DNA of 58,297 nt from Roseivirga sp. (GCA_965659985.1 CBFHYE010000147.1:1-58297), one strand, 5' to 3'; shown: positions 40,899 to 51,559, numbered from the stretch's first letter. The notes: generated by a model not told the origin, from the letters alone. Numbers and translations: made by a program.

Positions 40899-41762
40899 AT
40901 GCTTTCCAAAGGGGTACTGTACATGATCTTGGCTACATTCATTTTTGCCGTAATGAATGTCTTGGTAAAATATGTAGAGAACATCCCCGCTATAGAAATC
41001 ATCTTATTCAGGTCAATTGTTTCGTTTTTTATGTCGGGGATTACGCTTGGGCTCAAAAAGATAAATCCTTTAGGTAAAAATCGTAAAGTGTTATTTATAA
41101 GAGGGCTTGCTGGAGCTTTGGCTCTGATGATGTTTTTTACTACCCTACAGGAAATTCCATTAGCCAGTGCGGTTACCATCATGTTTCTCGGCCCGATATT
41201 TACTACCATTCTGGGTGTATTCATTGTTAAAGAAAAGGTTTTTCCTCTTCAATGGGTCTTTTTTGCTGTTTCTTTTGTTGGAATTATCATGATAAAAGGC
41301 TTCGATCCAAGGGTATCTCCGTATATGGCTTTACTGGGTGTTGGCGCAGCTTTCTTTTCTGGAATAGCGTATAACATGATCAGAAAGCTAAAAACTTCAG
41401 AGCATCCGTTGGTGATTATTTTTTATTTCCCATTGGTGACTTTACCCATTGTAGGTATTTATTCTGCCCTGAATTGGGTTCAACCCGAAGGTTACGAATG
41501 GGTTCTTCTAATTGCAATAGGCGTTTTAACACAGTTCGCTCAATATTTCATGACCAAATCTTACCAATCCGAAGACCTTTCGAAAGTGTCGAATATTAAT
41601 TTTATCGGTGTAATATATGCCCTTGGTTTTGGCTATGTTCTCTTCAATGAAACCTTTAATTTGCTGACTTATTTAGGGATGACCTGTGTTATGCTCGGGG
41701 TTATACTCAACGTGATCTACAAGAATAAAAAAGAGAAAGCTTATGAAACTGTTTCACATTGA
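40899..41762 (+). CDS. DMT/EamA family transporter
   Basis: About 10 TM helices in two EamA repeats. Confidence 0.9.
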   Translation: MLSKGVLYMILATFIFAVMNVLVKYVENIPAIEIILFRSIVSFFMSGITLGLKKINPLGKNRKVLFIRGLAGALALMMFFTTLQEIPLASAVTIMFLGPIFTTILGVFIVKEKVFPLQWVFFAVSFVGIIMIKGFDPRVSPYMALLGVGAAFFSGIAYNMIRKLKTSEHPLVIIFYFPLVTLPIVGIYSALNWVQPEGYEWVLLIAIGVLTQFAQYFMTKSYQSEDLSKVSNINFIGVIYALGFGYVLFNETFNLLTYLGMTCVMLGVILNVIYKNKKEKAYETVSH

Positions 41763-42534
41763 TGCATTTACAGAGAAGGTCTTTGGTGGTAATCCGGCTG
41801 CTGTCTGTATAGTGGAAGATGAAATTGATTCTGAAAAGATGCAGTTGATCGCATCTGAAATGAATCTTTCAGAAACGGCATTCGTGAAGATTTATGATAA
41901 TCATTGCAATATACGCTGGTTTACGCCAGCAGCAGAAGTACCCCTTTGCGGACATGCGACTTTGGCCTCGTCTTTTGTTCTTTTTTCTGAAGGATACTGG
42001 CCAAAGGATAAGGATTTAGAATTTGATTCATTAAGTGGTCCTCTTTATGTGAGTTTGAACGGGGAGTGGCTCACTTTAAATTTCCCAAGCCAATTCCCTC
42101 ATCAATTGAGCAATGATAAGGTAAGTGAATTCAGTACACTTTTCAATGTAGATCTTGTAGAGGTATTGGAAGTCCCCAATGAATTGATGTTTGTTTTTGC
42201 CGATGACGAATCGTTGAGAAAGTTTAATCCAGATTCGACAAAAGTAGCCGAGTTAGCAGCGAATGGTTTGATCACAACAGCATGGTCTGATGAAGAGGGT
42301 GTCGATTTCATTTCACGCTATTTTGCACCTAATTTGGGTATCAAAGAAGATCCAGTTACAGGCTTTATGCATACAATTTTAACTCCATACTGGTCTACTA
42401 AAAAGCAACGCAAACAATTCACAGCCTTTCAGGCCTCAAAAAGAGGGGGGAGACTTGAATTGGCCCTAGTTGATGACCGTGTATTAATATCCGGACATGC
42501 GGTTAAGGTTTTTGAAACAGAGATCAATATCTAA
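41743..42534 (+). CDS. PhzF-family epimerase/isomerase
   Basis: DAFT..FGGNPAAV, NLSETAF, EVPLCGHAT and EDPVTG motifs. Confidence 0.92.
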   Translation: MKLFHIDAFTEKVFGGNPAAVCIVEDEIDSEKMQLIASEMNLSETAFVKIYDNHCNIRWFTPAAEVPLCGHATLASSFVLFSEGYWPKDKDLEFDSLSGPLYVSLNGEWLTLNFPSQFPHQLSNDKVSEFSTLFNVDLVEVLEVPNELMFVFADDESLRKFNPDSTKVAELAANGLITTAWSDEEGVDFISRYFAPNLGIKEDPVTGFMHTILTPYWSTKKQRKQFTAFQASKRGGRLELALVDDRVLISGHAVKVFETEINI

Positions 42535-44540
42535 TTCTGCTTTAAGATAAAGGCTGTGATTCCAGGAATGGTCAGGGTTCCGCTTCGCTCTTCCAATCCA
42601 TTTTGGTTGACATTGGTGCCGTCTGATATTAACGTCCAATTTCCTTCAGGAAGTGAAATGGTTTTATTCAATTCACTACCGTTAAGCAGCACGAGGATGT
42701 TTTTCCATTGATCTCCATTCGCATGATCTTTGATCTGATAGACCACAAAATTATCACCCGGATAATCAAGAAATTCTAATTTCTGTTGAATCTCCTCGAC
42801 ATTATCCATTTTAAAAGCAGGGTGTGTTTTTCGCAATTCGATCAATGAGCGATAATAATTGAATACATCTTTGTGTTCATGCTTACGATCCCAATCGATC
42901 TGATTGATTTCATCAGATGAGTTGTAGGAGTTTTCGACCCCATCTTTCGTTCTCATGAATTCAGTTCCAGCATGTAGGAAAGGGATGCCTTGAGAGGTTA
43001 AAACAATGGTTTGAGCTAGCTTATGCATTTTTTTGATTTGAGCAGAGCTGGCTTCTGGCCTTGAAATATTCAGCTTATCAAAGAGCGTGTGATTATCATG
43101 ACAAGAAACATAATTGATGCACTGAGCCGGTGAGTTGGCCCAAGGGGCATCTGAATAATTTACTGAGGCATAGTCAATTTGAGGATGTTGAGTAGAGCCA
43201 ACAATTCCGAACTTAATACTCTCTACAAGGCCTGCTTTTTGACTTGCAAAACCACCTTCTTCATGAGTGAATACGCTACCCTTAATTCCATCTCTAATGT
43301 CATCACTAAATGCAGCTACCGCTTCCAATTTCGGTGTGTTGGCTTTTAGCGCTTGTTCTTCTTGAGGAAGGGGAGAGGCCCCTGCTGTCCAGCCTTCACC
43401 ATAAACGAAAATCGTGGGATCGATCTCATGCAATGCCTGTGTCACAGCGTTCATTGTTTCAATATCATGGATACCCATCAAATCGAAACGGAACCCATCC
43501 ATATGGTATTCTTTTGCCCAGTATTTCACTGATTCAACAATGTATTTTCTCATCATGGCACGTTCTGAGGCTGTTTCGTTTCCGCAGGCAGCAGCATCTG
43601 AGAAAGAACCATCAGGGTTTTTACGATAATAATAATCAGGCACCAACTGATTGAAATTAGAGTCTTCCGTTTGTCCGGTGTGATTATAAACCACATCGAG
43701 AATGACCCGAAGCCCATTTTCATGTAGTGTCTGAACCATTTCTTTGAATTCGGTAATTCTAGTAGCTCCGTTGTATGGATCACTAGAAAAACTACCCTCA
43801 GGTACATTATAATTCAGCGGATCGTAGCCCCAATTGTATTGAGGTTCGTCAAGACGTGTTTCGTCTATGCTGCGATGGTCGAATGTAGGAAGGAGGTGAA
43901 TGTGCGTAACTCCGAGCGACTTGATATGGTCTAGCCCTGTTGATTCTCCAAAACTGTTCACTGTGCCTCTTTCGGTGACTCCTTTGTATTTCCCTTTATG
44001 TTCAATTCCAGAGTTAGGTGAAATGCTCAAGTCTCTGATCTGGGCTTCATAAATAATGATATCATTAAACCGTGCGAGAGGAGGTCTTTTGTCATTATCC
44101 CAATTGTTAGGATCGGTTGTGTCGAGATCTAAGATCATGGTGCGTTGACCATTTACACCAACAGCTGTCGCATAGAGATCTGGTTTTTCTTCTAGCCATT
44201 GACCATTTTGCATGACTTGATAAGTGTAGTAGTTTCCTGCTTGATCACCATCCAGTGTTAACTCCCAAACCCCATCTTTTGACCGCTTCATTTCATAGCT
44301 GTTGATCTTGTCAGCCGTATCTCCATTTGTATAAAGATGAAGCGTGACTTTTTCTGCTGCTGGAGACCATAGTTTTAAGGTGGAAGCTTGCTTTGTATAG
44401 GTCAACCCCAAATCATTTCCGTCATAGATAGGATAGTCGTCAACGGTTTCATAATTATTCGATTCGCAGCTACTCATAACAAGAATGCATAGAAATTGAA
44501 TGATAAAAAGCTTAATGATTTGCGGTTGAGAGTTCTGCAT
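42531..44540 (-). CDS. pulA: Type I pullulanase (GH13), probable lipoprotein
   Basis: YNWGYDP, DVVYNH, GFRFDLM, YGEGW and YVSCHDN motifs, plus MSSC lipobox. Start uncertain (ATG at 44540 chosen). Confidence 0.92.
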   Translation of the reverse strand: MQNSQPQIIKLFIIQFLCILVMSSCESNNYETVDDYPIYDGNDLGLTYTKQASTLKLWSPAAEKVTLHLYTNGDTADKINSYEMKRSKDGVWELTLDGDQAGNYYTYQVMQNGQWLEEKPDLYATAVGVNGQRTMILDLDTTDPNNWDNDKRPPLARFNDIIIYEAQIRDLSISPNSGIEHKGKYKGVTERGTVNSFGESTGLDHIKSLGVTHIHLLPTFDHRSIDETRLDEPQYNWGYDPLNYNVPEGSFSSDPYNGATRITEFKEMVQTLHENGLRVILDVVYNHTGQTEDSNFNQLVPDYYYRKNPDGSFSDAAACGNETASERAMMRKYIVESVKYWAKEYHMDGFRFDLMGIHDIETMNAVTQALHEIDPTIFVYGEGWTAGASPLPQEEQALKANTPKLEAVAAFSDDIRDGIKGSVFTHEEGGFASQKAGLVESIKFGIVGSTQHPQIDYASVNYSDAPWANSPAQCINYVSCHDNHTLFDKLNISRPEASSAQIKKMHKLAQTIVLTSQGIPFLHAGTEFMRTKDGVENSYNSSDEINQIDWDRKHEHKDVFNYYRSLIELRKTHPAFKMDNVEEIQQKLEFLDYPGDNFVVYQIKDHANGDQWKNILVLLNGSELNKTISLPEGNWTLISDGTNVNQNGLEERSGTLTIPGITAFILKQN

Positions 44541-45801
44541 CTTTTTTTCTTGTTTCTTTAACAAATAGCCATAAAACGGCTGAAATACCGAGCGTGATGG
44601 CACTTACGATAAATATCATATTTTTATCCGCCTGTCCATCTATGAACTTCCCTAGGCTGGAAGCTACCAATTGAGGAATCACAACCGACAAATTGAAAAG
44701 GCCCATGTAAAGGCCCATTTTGGCTTGATCTACACTTTCCGACATGATCGCAAATGGCAAACTGACTACCGCTGCCCAACCTATACCCACTACAGCCATG
44801 AGTATAAAGAGCATTTCTTGACTTTGCCCGAATAGAATGATCAACACATAACCAATGGCCATGGTCGCAATGCAAAGCATATGTGTTTTTACCCTTCCGA
44901 TCTTTTTTGTAATAGGTTCTAGGACCAAGGCCGGAAGTAAAAAACCAACCGTATTGAGTATGGCGAACGAAATACCCGTAATAAATCCTATCTCATTGTT
45001 TTGTGCCTCTGTAATGGTTTCAATCGTAGCAAAACCCATGATGTTCTCCTTGATGTAGGAAAAAGTGTAAATGAACATGGTTTGAACACCAATCCAGGTG
45101 AACGCATGTGCTAGACAGATCTTTATGAACTGAACAAGGTCAGTTTCTTTCCGTGGTTTTTTAGCATCGACTTCATCCTGTTGATCCAATTCTTTAGGTT
45201 CCTTAACAAAGAGAATAGGGAGAACGGAAAACAAAAATACCAAAGCGGCACCCATGTAGATGAGTGTATAGTTGCTTATAAAAGCTCCAATAAGATAAGC
45301 CACCACACCAAAAAAACCTGAGATGGTCTGCATCCATGTATAGCCTTTTGTACGAACATCACCTTCAGGGGTAACGTCAGCGATCACTGAGCGCGTAGGG
45401 TTAAAGCTTATATTGATTGCCAAGTCTAAAGATAGCGCCACGGCAATCGCCACACCAATGACCTCTTCAAAGCCCAAAGCTTCACTGATTACGCCAATAT
45501 TGGGTAATGCTAAGAGCATAACGGCAGCAATCGTACCCCCTATTAAAATGAAGGGCCTCCTTCGCCCACCCCAAAACCAGGCTTTATCGCTAACAATGCC
45601 AATGATCACTTGACCGAGGATTCCAGCAGCTGGACCTGCGACCCAAACCAAGCCGATCTCTTCCAGATTAAAACCAAATTTAGAATTGAGGATCCAACTT
45701 AATGCTGCGATCTGAACAGAAAGCGCAAAGCCCATTGCAGTTGCAGGAAGACTTAAAAGCACAAAAAATGGCTTGGTGTAGTTCTTTTGAATCTCTAACA
45801 T
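44512..45801 (-). CDS. MFS sugar (maltose/maltooligosaccharide-like) transporter
   Basis: SDK...GRRRPFIL and MGLYMGLFNLSVVIPQ motifs, located next to the pullulanase. Confidence 0.82.
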   Translation of the reverse strand: MLEIQKNYTKPFFVLLSLPATAMGFALSVQIAALSWILNSKFGFNLEEIGLVWVAGPAAGILGQVIIGIVSDKAWFWGGRRRPFILIGGTIAAVMLLALPNIGVISEALGFEEVIGVAIAVALSLDLAINISFNPTRSVIADVTPEGDVRTKGYTWMQTISGFFGVVAYLIGAFISNYTLIYMGAALVFLFSVLPILFVKEPKELDQQDEVDAKKPRKETDLVQFIKICLAHAFTWIGVQTMFIYTFSYIKENIMGFATIETITEAQNNEIGFITGISFAILNTVGFLLPALVLEPITKKIGRVKTHMLCIATMAIGYVLIILFGQSQEMLFILMAVVGIGWAAVVSLPFAIMSESVDQAKMGLYMGLFNLSVVIPQLVASSLGKFIDGQADKNMIFIVSAITLGISAVLWLFVKETRKKDAELSTANH

Positions 45802-45854
45802 AGATAAGGATGAAAAGTGTGTAGAAAGATACACTTTTCCCTATCAACTGGAAA

Positions 45855-45868
45855 TGACAACGTTTGCA
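45855..45868. promoter_or_regulatory. Candidate LacI-family operator
   Basis: TGACAACGTTTGCA is a near-palindrome with an AACGTT core, about 55 nt upstream of the MFS start. Confidence 0.4.
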
Positions 45869-45879
45869 GAATGCTCTTA

Positions 45880-46788
45880 CTATCTCACATTGAATGTGAT
45901 ATCTCCGATCTCATAGGTGTCGGCAAGAATGACGATTTTATGATCGCCTTTTTCAAATTCGGAACCTTTGTCGTATACGAATGAGAGTTCTTGTTTAGAA
46001 TTATCGAATAAGATCTCTTGCATTGAGGTATAAAATTCTTCCTTACCATCGATTTGGTATGTGCCTGATCCTCTCGCGACATCAAAAATAATGTTTCCTG
46101 AAGGGTCTATTACTTGGATCATGATCTGGTGGCCAGCCACTGGTGCTACATCATTTTCAGCCAAATTGAATGTGACTTTGATTTTTTCTGCCTGTCTACT
46201 TCTGAAGTCTCCTTCACGTTCTCTTCCTCTTCTGTTGATATTGTACAGGGTGATGTTCTCTGCCCTTAACTTGGCAGCCAGCGCAATTTGACTCTGCAAT
46301 TCTTGCTGTTTTTGCTCTGCTTGATTTAAGCTGGCTTTGAACTCATTTTGCTCTTCTTTTAACTCGTTGTTTTCACTAAGAAGTTTTGAGTTGAGGTCCT
46401 TCAATTGAACAATTTCCTCATCCTTAGCAATAAGCAGCTCTTCGTAACCTTGAACCTTATTATCTAGCCTGCGAATAAGGGCCTTGTTGGCTACACGAGT
46501 CCTTTGCAGTTGATCACGTTGGGCTGTGATAGAGTCCTTTAAAGAGATCAATGAGTCGATGTCGCCACCCAATTGTGAGATCTCTGTGATTCGGTCGTTC
46601 AATTGAATAGAAATACTATCAAGTTTGGTCGTCAGGGTTGTTCGAGTAGCATCATACTCCGCCTGCAGGGCCTGATTAGATTTATAATCCATATAGATCT
46701 TAAACCCTGAAGCCCCGATAACAATGATGATCGCTACGATCAATGCAATTCTGATCTGGTCTCTTTTATTCCTTTTCTCCTCAGTCAT
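45880..46788 (-). CDS. Membrane-anchored coiled-coil hypothetical protein
   Basis: N-terminal TM, a long heptad-rich region and a beta-rich C-terminal domain. Confidence 0.8.
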   Translation of the reverse strand: MTEEKRNKRDQIRIALIVAIIIVIGASGFKIYMDYKSNQALQAEYDATRTTLTTKLDSISIQLNDRITEISQLGGDIDSLISLKDSITAQRDQLQRTRVANKALIRRLDNKVQGYEELLIAKDEEIVQLKDLNSKLLSENNELKEEQNEFKASLNQAEQKQQELQSQIALAAKLRAENITLYNINRRGREREGDFRSRQAEKIKVTFNLAENDVAPVAGHQIMIQVIDPSGNIIFDVARGSGTYQIDGKEEFYTSMQEILFDNSKQELSFVYDKGSEFEKGDHKIVILADTYEIGDITFNVR

Positions 46789-46892
46789 CTTCTTTTTACT
46801 CTAAAAAATCAACTATTAAACGACTCGCTTGTTAAATATTGGGCGAATTACTTAAACTTTTTCTAATTAATCAAAGAATAGCATTCACGGGT

Positions 46893-47480
46893 ATGGTAGA
46901 ATTGAACGAAGACTTTTGGACTAGTCGATATCTAAATCACCAAACAGGATGGGATATTGGAAATGTCTCTACTCCTCTGAAGGAATATATCGATCAGCTA
47001 GAGAATAAGGATCTAGATATTTTAATTCCAGGTGCTGGAAATGCCTATGAAGCAGAATACCTCTGGAAGAATGGTTTTAAGCACGTGGATGTAGTTGATA
47101 TTTCTGAATATCCATTAGCGTCTTTAAAAGAACGGCTACCAGATTTTCCAAATCAGCAGTTGATACATAAGGATTTCTTTGCGCTTGATAAAAGCTATGA
47201 TCTTATTTTTGAACAGACGTTTTTTTGTGCGTTATCTCCAAAAATGAGAACGGCATATCTCAAAAAGATGAACGAACTCTTAAATCCTAATGGCAAATTG
47301 GTCGGAGTGTTATTTAATATTCCACTTAATTCAGATCGACCACCCTTTGGGGGAAAGAAAGAACAATATGTTCCTATGTTTCAAGAATATCTTGAATTGA
47401 ATACGATGGAAGCCTGCTATAACTCAATTGAACCAAGAATGCACAATGAACTCTGGTTCAATGCGAGTTCAAAAAGTTAG
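46893..47480 (+). CDS. TPMT/thiol methyltransferase-like SAM-dependent methyltransferase
   Basis: TGWDIG, LIPGAG, EQTFFCAL and PPFGG motifs. Likely start MVELNE. Confidence 0.88.
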   Translation: MVELNEDFWTSRYLNHQTGWDIGNVSTPLKEYIDQLENKDLDILIPGAGNAYEAEYLWKNGFKHVDVVDISEYPLASLKERLPDFPNQQLIHKDFFALDKSYDLIFEQTFFCALSPKMRTAYLKKMNELLNPNGKLVGVLFNIPLNSDRPPFGGKKEQYVPMFQEYLELNTMEACYNSIEPRMHNELWFNASSKS

Positions 47481-48233
47481 CAACCAGTTTTCCTTTGGTA
47501 ATTCAGGATCCAAGAAAAGGAGTCCTCCTTCAAAAAGGTCAATTGTAAGACTATTCGCATCTTTCTGGATATAGATCCAAGCTTTTTGCATTTCCTTCGA
47601 CCAATGAATGTCATCGAAAACAATTACCCCCTTGGAGCTCATTTTGGGTAATAACTGATGGTAATAAGAAATGGTGGGTTCGTATCGATGATTCGCATCA
47701 ATATAGACCATGTCAATGGGCAGGCTTGTTTCGAGCGCTTTAGACAATGTTTCATCCAAATCTCCTGAAACTTGTTTGATATTCTTCCTTTTAAATTGAC
47801 TGAAATGCCCACCGGATATCTCGCATAGAGTAGGGTCGCCTTCAAAAGTAGTTACTTGAGTAGCTTCATTTTCGGAAAGATAAAGTGTGTTTAGGCCAAG
47901 TGATGTTCCAAGTTCCCAAACATTTTCATATTTGAAATGACGGATCATCTGTTGAAGAAATAGCGAAAACTTGAGTGGAGTAGTGCTATGCTTTGCAACG
48001 GTAGCAATCTTCCTTTTATTAGACTTATTCACTCGAGATCCGGCCCCATAATCAATTAATTCGATAAGTGTTGAGTCCTTGCGGAGTTGCGCCCGAAGCT
48101 GCTCTATGTCTGGATTTGGGTCAAATCTAGGCTTGACCAATTCCTGATAGAAACTAAAAAGAAAAGGAGAATGCAAAGAGTGTTCATCGACCTGATGAAA
48201 CCAATAGTTGATATAGGCCAAGATTTGGAACAA
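47469..48233 (-). CDS. Class I SAM-dependent O-methyltransferase
   Basis: HSPF, ELGTSLG, IDANH and FDDIHWS motifs. Confidence 0.85.
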   Translation of the reverse strand: MFQILAYINYWFHQVDEHSLHSPFLFSFYQELVKPRFDPNPDIEQLRAQLRKDSTLIELIDYGAGSRVNKSNKRKIATVAKHSTTPLKFSLFLQQMIRHFKYENVWELGTSLGLNTLYLSENEATQVTTFEGDPTLCEISGGHFSQFKRKNIKQVSGDLDETLSKALETSLPIDMVYIDANHRYEPTISYYHQLLPKMSSKGVIVFDDIHWSKEMQKAWIYIQKDANSLTIDLFEGGLLFLDPELPKENWLLTF

Positions 48234-48236
48234 GAC

Positions 48237-48626
48237 CTAATTTAGCATAAAAGGTACGATCATGTTGAATTCAGGGATGGTTACTTCAAACTGTTTCCCA
48301 TCAACGATCTTTTCCATCAAGTAAGTGCCATACATTTTGCCGAAGCCAGATCGCAGGTTGCAACCTGATACGTATTGATGTTTTTCTCCTGGTTCCAATA
48401 TTGGCTGTTGTCCTACCACACCTTCACCCTCAACCTCGCGAGCAGAGTTATTGGAGTCATGAATGTACCAGTGTCTGCGATGCAGTTTCACCGTGTAGTC
48501 TCCATGGTTTTCAATACTGATCTTATAAGTAAAGACAAAATGGTTCTGTCCCGGACTTGAATATTCCGGCTGGTAGTTTGTTTCTACACTGACTTTTACC
48601 CCTTCTGTTATCGCTGTAAAGACCAT
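48237..48626 (-). CDS. apaG: ApaG protein
   Basis: RRHWYI, VEGEGVVGQQP and YVSGC motifs. Confidence 0.93.
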   Translation of the reverse strand: MVFTAITEGVKVSVETNYQPEYSSPGQNHFVFTYKISIENHGDYTVKLHRRHWYIHDSNNSAREVEGEGVVGQQPILEPGEKHQYVSGCNLRSGFGKMYGTYLMEKIVDGKQFEVTIPEFNMIVPFMLN

Positions 48627-48697
48627 TACTATCAACTTCTGGAATTAAAGTTATAGATTAGTTCGAAAAATGAAAGGTATTCAAATCTGAAATTTTC

Positions 48698-49360
48698 ATG
48701 ACCGTTAAAATTGAGGAAAGTTGGGGTAAAGCCCTCGCTGAAGAATTTGAGAAGGATTACTTCAAGTCGCTCACTGAATTTGTTCGCCAAGAGTATCAAT
48801 CACAAACTATCTACCCTAAAGGAAAGGATATTTTTAGGGCCTTTGATAAGTGTCCATTGGATAGGGTCAAGGTTGTCATTTTAGGGCAAGACCCTTATCA
48901 TGGTCCTGGACAGGCTAATGGGCTTTGTTTTTCCGTTCAGGAAGGTATGCCTTTCCCACCTTCATTGGCCAATATATTTAAAGAGATAAAGAATGACTTG
49001 GGTAAAGACATCCCACCTCATGGTGCTTTAGACCATTGGGCTGAACAAGGTGTGTTATTGCTTAATGCCACTTTAACTGTTCGTGCCCATCAAGCGGGTT
49101 CTCATCAAAAAAAGGGCTGGGAAGAGTTTACGGATGCTGTGATCAAGGCTGTAGCACAAAAGAAAAAGGAAGTTGTTTATATGCTGTGGGGTAACTTTGC
49201 ACAAAAGAAGGCAGCGATCGTTGATGAAAATGAAAATTTAGTTCTTAGATCAGTTCATCCTTCACCATTGAGTGCTCATCGAGGCTTTTTTGGTTCAGCA
49301 CACTTTAGTCAGGCAAATGATTATTTAAAGAAGAAGGGAAGGGCAGCGATTGATTGGTGA
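48698..49360 (+). CDS. ung: Uracil-DNA glycosylase
   Basis: GQDPYH, PPSL, GVLLLN and HPSPLS motifs. Confidence 0.97.
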   Translation: MTVKIEESWGKALAEEFEKDYFKSLTEFVRQEYQSQTIYPKGKDIFRAFDKCPLDRVKVVILGQDPYHGPGQANGLCFSVQEGMPFPPSLANIFKEIKNDLGKDIPPHGALDHWAEQGVLLLNATLTVRAHQAGSHQKKGWEEFTDAVIKAVAQKKKEVVYMLWGNFAQKKAAIVDENENLVLRSVHPSPLSAHRGFFGSAHFSQANDYLKKKGRAAIDW

Positions 49361-50077
49361 TCAAACGCTATCTAGAAAATCATCCATAGTCTTTACACCA
49401 TTTTGATCTTTAAGCCATGAGGCTACTGCTATTGCACCTTTGGCAAAACCTTCACGAGAGTGCGCGGTGTGTTTGATCTCGATACTGTCAACAGGCGAAT
49501 CATAATTGATGATGTGCGTGCCCGGTGTAGGATCTACTCTTTCCGATAGAATCTCGAGTTCCTCTTTCTGAGAGGACGTTTCATTGACCCACTTACTTTT
49601 TTCTTGATTATTGTTAATGATGCCTTCTGCAAGCGTAATGGCGGTACCACTTGGTGCATCGAGTTTCTGAGTATGATGGATTTCCTTTGTGGAAATTTTA
49701 TAGCCCTGCCCATTCATAAGTTGCGCAAGCTTTTCATTCAACTTGAAAAAAATATTGACACCAATACTGAAATTTGAAGCATAGAGATAAGTCCCATCAT
49801 TTGCCTGGCAATAAGCGTCTACTTCTTCCTTTTGACCTAACCATCCCGTTGTGCCTACAGCTACCGGAATCTTTCGATCAATACACCATTTGATGTTTTC
49901 AACCGCAGCTTCAGGTTGTGAAAAGTCAATGGCTACGTCTACTGAGTTTCTATCGAATTGCTCAAGTTCTTGTCGATTGTCAATATTAATCTTACCAACA
50001 ATCACATAGCCTTGACCTGATGCCAATTTATCAATGAGTTGCCCCATTTTACCATATCCTAAAAGCAGTATGTTCAT
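49361..50077 (-). CDS. dapB: 4-hydroxy-tetrahydrodipicolinate reductase
   Basis: GYGKMG, GTTGW, SNFSIGVN and EIHHTQKLDAPSGTA motifs. Confidence 0.96.
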   Translation of the reverse strand: MNILLLGYGKMGQLIDKLASGQGYVIVGKINIDNRQELEQFDRNSVDVAIDFSQPEAAVENIKWCIDRKIPVAVGTTGWLGQKEEVDAYCQANDGTYLYASNFSIGVNIFFKLNEKLAQLMNGQGYKISTKEIHHTQKLDAPSGTAITLAEGIINNNQEKSKWVNETSSQKEELEILSERVDPTPGTHIINYDSPVDSIEIKHTAHSREGFAKGAIAVASWLKDQNGVKTMDDFLDSV

Positions 50078-50649
50078 TTTCCGATCGGTAAGGTGATTCC
50101 AAAGCCCACATAAGGTGTGCCATTGTTAATCACTCCAAATTTTGGCTTAATATTCAAAGCCAATTCTTCATTTACATTAAACCCTTTTAAATGTGCGTCA
50201 ATTGTGGCTTCTAAAACCTGCAGTCCATATAAACCTAATGTGCTTAGAAATACCAAATCTCTATTTTTTCTCCATACATCTGCATTTCTCTGATAGAATC
50301 GTAAGGCGTTCTCATCTTGCTCAGCAGGCGGTTTGGCCAATTCTTGAGCAGCTAAGTCTTCGAAGAACTTGAACTGTTCTTGATTGAAGTCAATGTAATA
50401 GATTAACGCACCAAAACCCGCATAGAGGATGGGTACTTTCCACCAACTATCATTATAGATTTGACCCCAACCAGGAATAATGGCTGAACGCCTCGTGGCT
50501 ACTTTAGGATCGTAAATTTTTCTCGGCCCTTGTTTTTCAATATCAATTACCTCACCATCAATAACACCTCTACTCGTTTTTAGGGTGTCCTGAGCTATGA
50601 GTTGACTAGTTGTCAACGCCACTAGGAGTATGATAATTGAAAGGCGCAT
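50074..50649 (-). CDS. DUF5683-like membrane protein
   Basis: SAIIPGWGQIYN..WWK motif and DAHL, between parB and dapB. Confidence 0.85.
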   Translation of the reverse strand: MRLSIIILLVALTTSQLIAQDTLKTSRGVIDGEVIDIEKQGPRKIYDPKVATRRSAIIPGWGQIYNDSWWKVPILYAGFGALIYYIDFNQEQFKFFEDLAAQELAKPPAEQDENALRFYQRNADVWRKNRDLVFLSTLGLYGLQVLEATIDAHLKGFNVNEELALNIKPKFGVINNGTPYVGFGITLPIGK

Positions 50650-51548
50650 TATAAGTTTATGATCTCGAGTATTCTATTCAAATCTTCAGTCGATACGAAT
50701 GGAATCTTGATCTCGCCTCTGAACTGGCCGTCAGCTTTTAAACCAACTCTGGTGCCAAAATGAGAGGAGAGTTTTTGCTGCACTTGCTGCACTTCATAGC
50801 TTTTGTGCGCTGTGCTTTTTTTCTTTTCCGGTTTCGGATCGTCCGAGGCCTTAGACATCAAATCGCGTACCAACTGTTCTACTTTACGAACAGATAGCTC
50901 TTCATTAACAGCTTTTTTATAAATGTGAAGCTGTTTGTCTACGTCATCTACATTAATGATCGCGCGCGCATGCCCCATAGAGATCTTTTTGTCTCTGATA
51001 CCCGCCTGAATGTCAGGAGGGAGTCTGAGTAGCCTTAGGTAATTATTAACAGTGGTTCTGTTCTTGCCTACACGATCGCCCAGTTGTTCTTGTTTAAGGT
51101 TACACTCTTCAATAAGACGTTGATAACTCAAGGCAATTTCAATTGCATCAAGATTCTCGCGCTGAATGTTCTCGATCAATGCCATTTCCAGCATTTGCTG
51201 GTCATCAGCAGTTCTGATATATGCTGGAATCGACTTTAGCTTTGCGAGTTTAGACGCCTGAAAACGTCTTTCACCCGAGATCAACTGATACTCTTTGTCT
51301 CCAAGTTTACGAACGGTTATCGGTTGAATGATCCCCTGAACTTTGATAGATTCTGAGAGCTCCTCTAAGGCTTGTCTGTCGAAGTGAATTCTAGGTTGAA
51401 AGGGGTTTACCTGAATCTGATCGAGAGGTATATCATTCATTGAGCCCGTAGAATTTCTTGTCAATGAGTCTTTACCTTCTTTTGGTGAAGAGTCCTCCAA
51501 AAGTGCTCCTAACCCTCTTCCCATTGCTTTTTTCTTTGGAGATGCCAT
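50649..51548 (-). CDS. parB: Chromosome partitioning protein ParB
   Basis: GRGLGALL, NPFQPR, GERRFQA, ENIQREN and an HTH. Confidence 0.96.
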   Translation of the reverse strand: MASPKKKAMGRGLGALLEDSSPKEGKDSLTRNSTGSMNDIPLDQIQVNPFQPRIHFDRQALEELSESIKVQGIIQPITVRKLGDKEYQLISGERRFQASKLAKLKSIPAYIRTADDQQMLEMALIENIQRENLDAIEIALSYQRLIEECNLKQEQLGDRVGKNRTTVNNYLRLLRLPPDIQAGIRDKKISMGHARAIINVDDVDKQLHIYKKAVNEELSVRKVEQLVRDLMSKASDDPKPEKKKSTAHKSYEVQQVQQKLSSHFGTRVGLKADGQFRGEIKIPFVSTEDLNRILEIINL

Positions 51549-51559
51549 ATTCTTATTTC

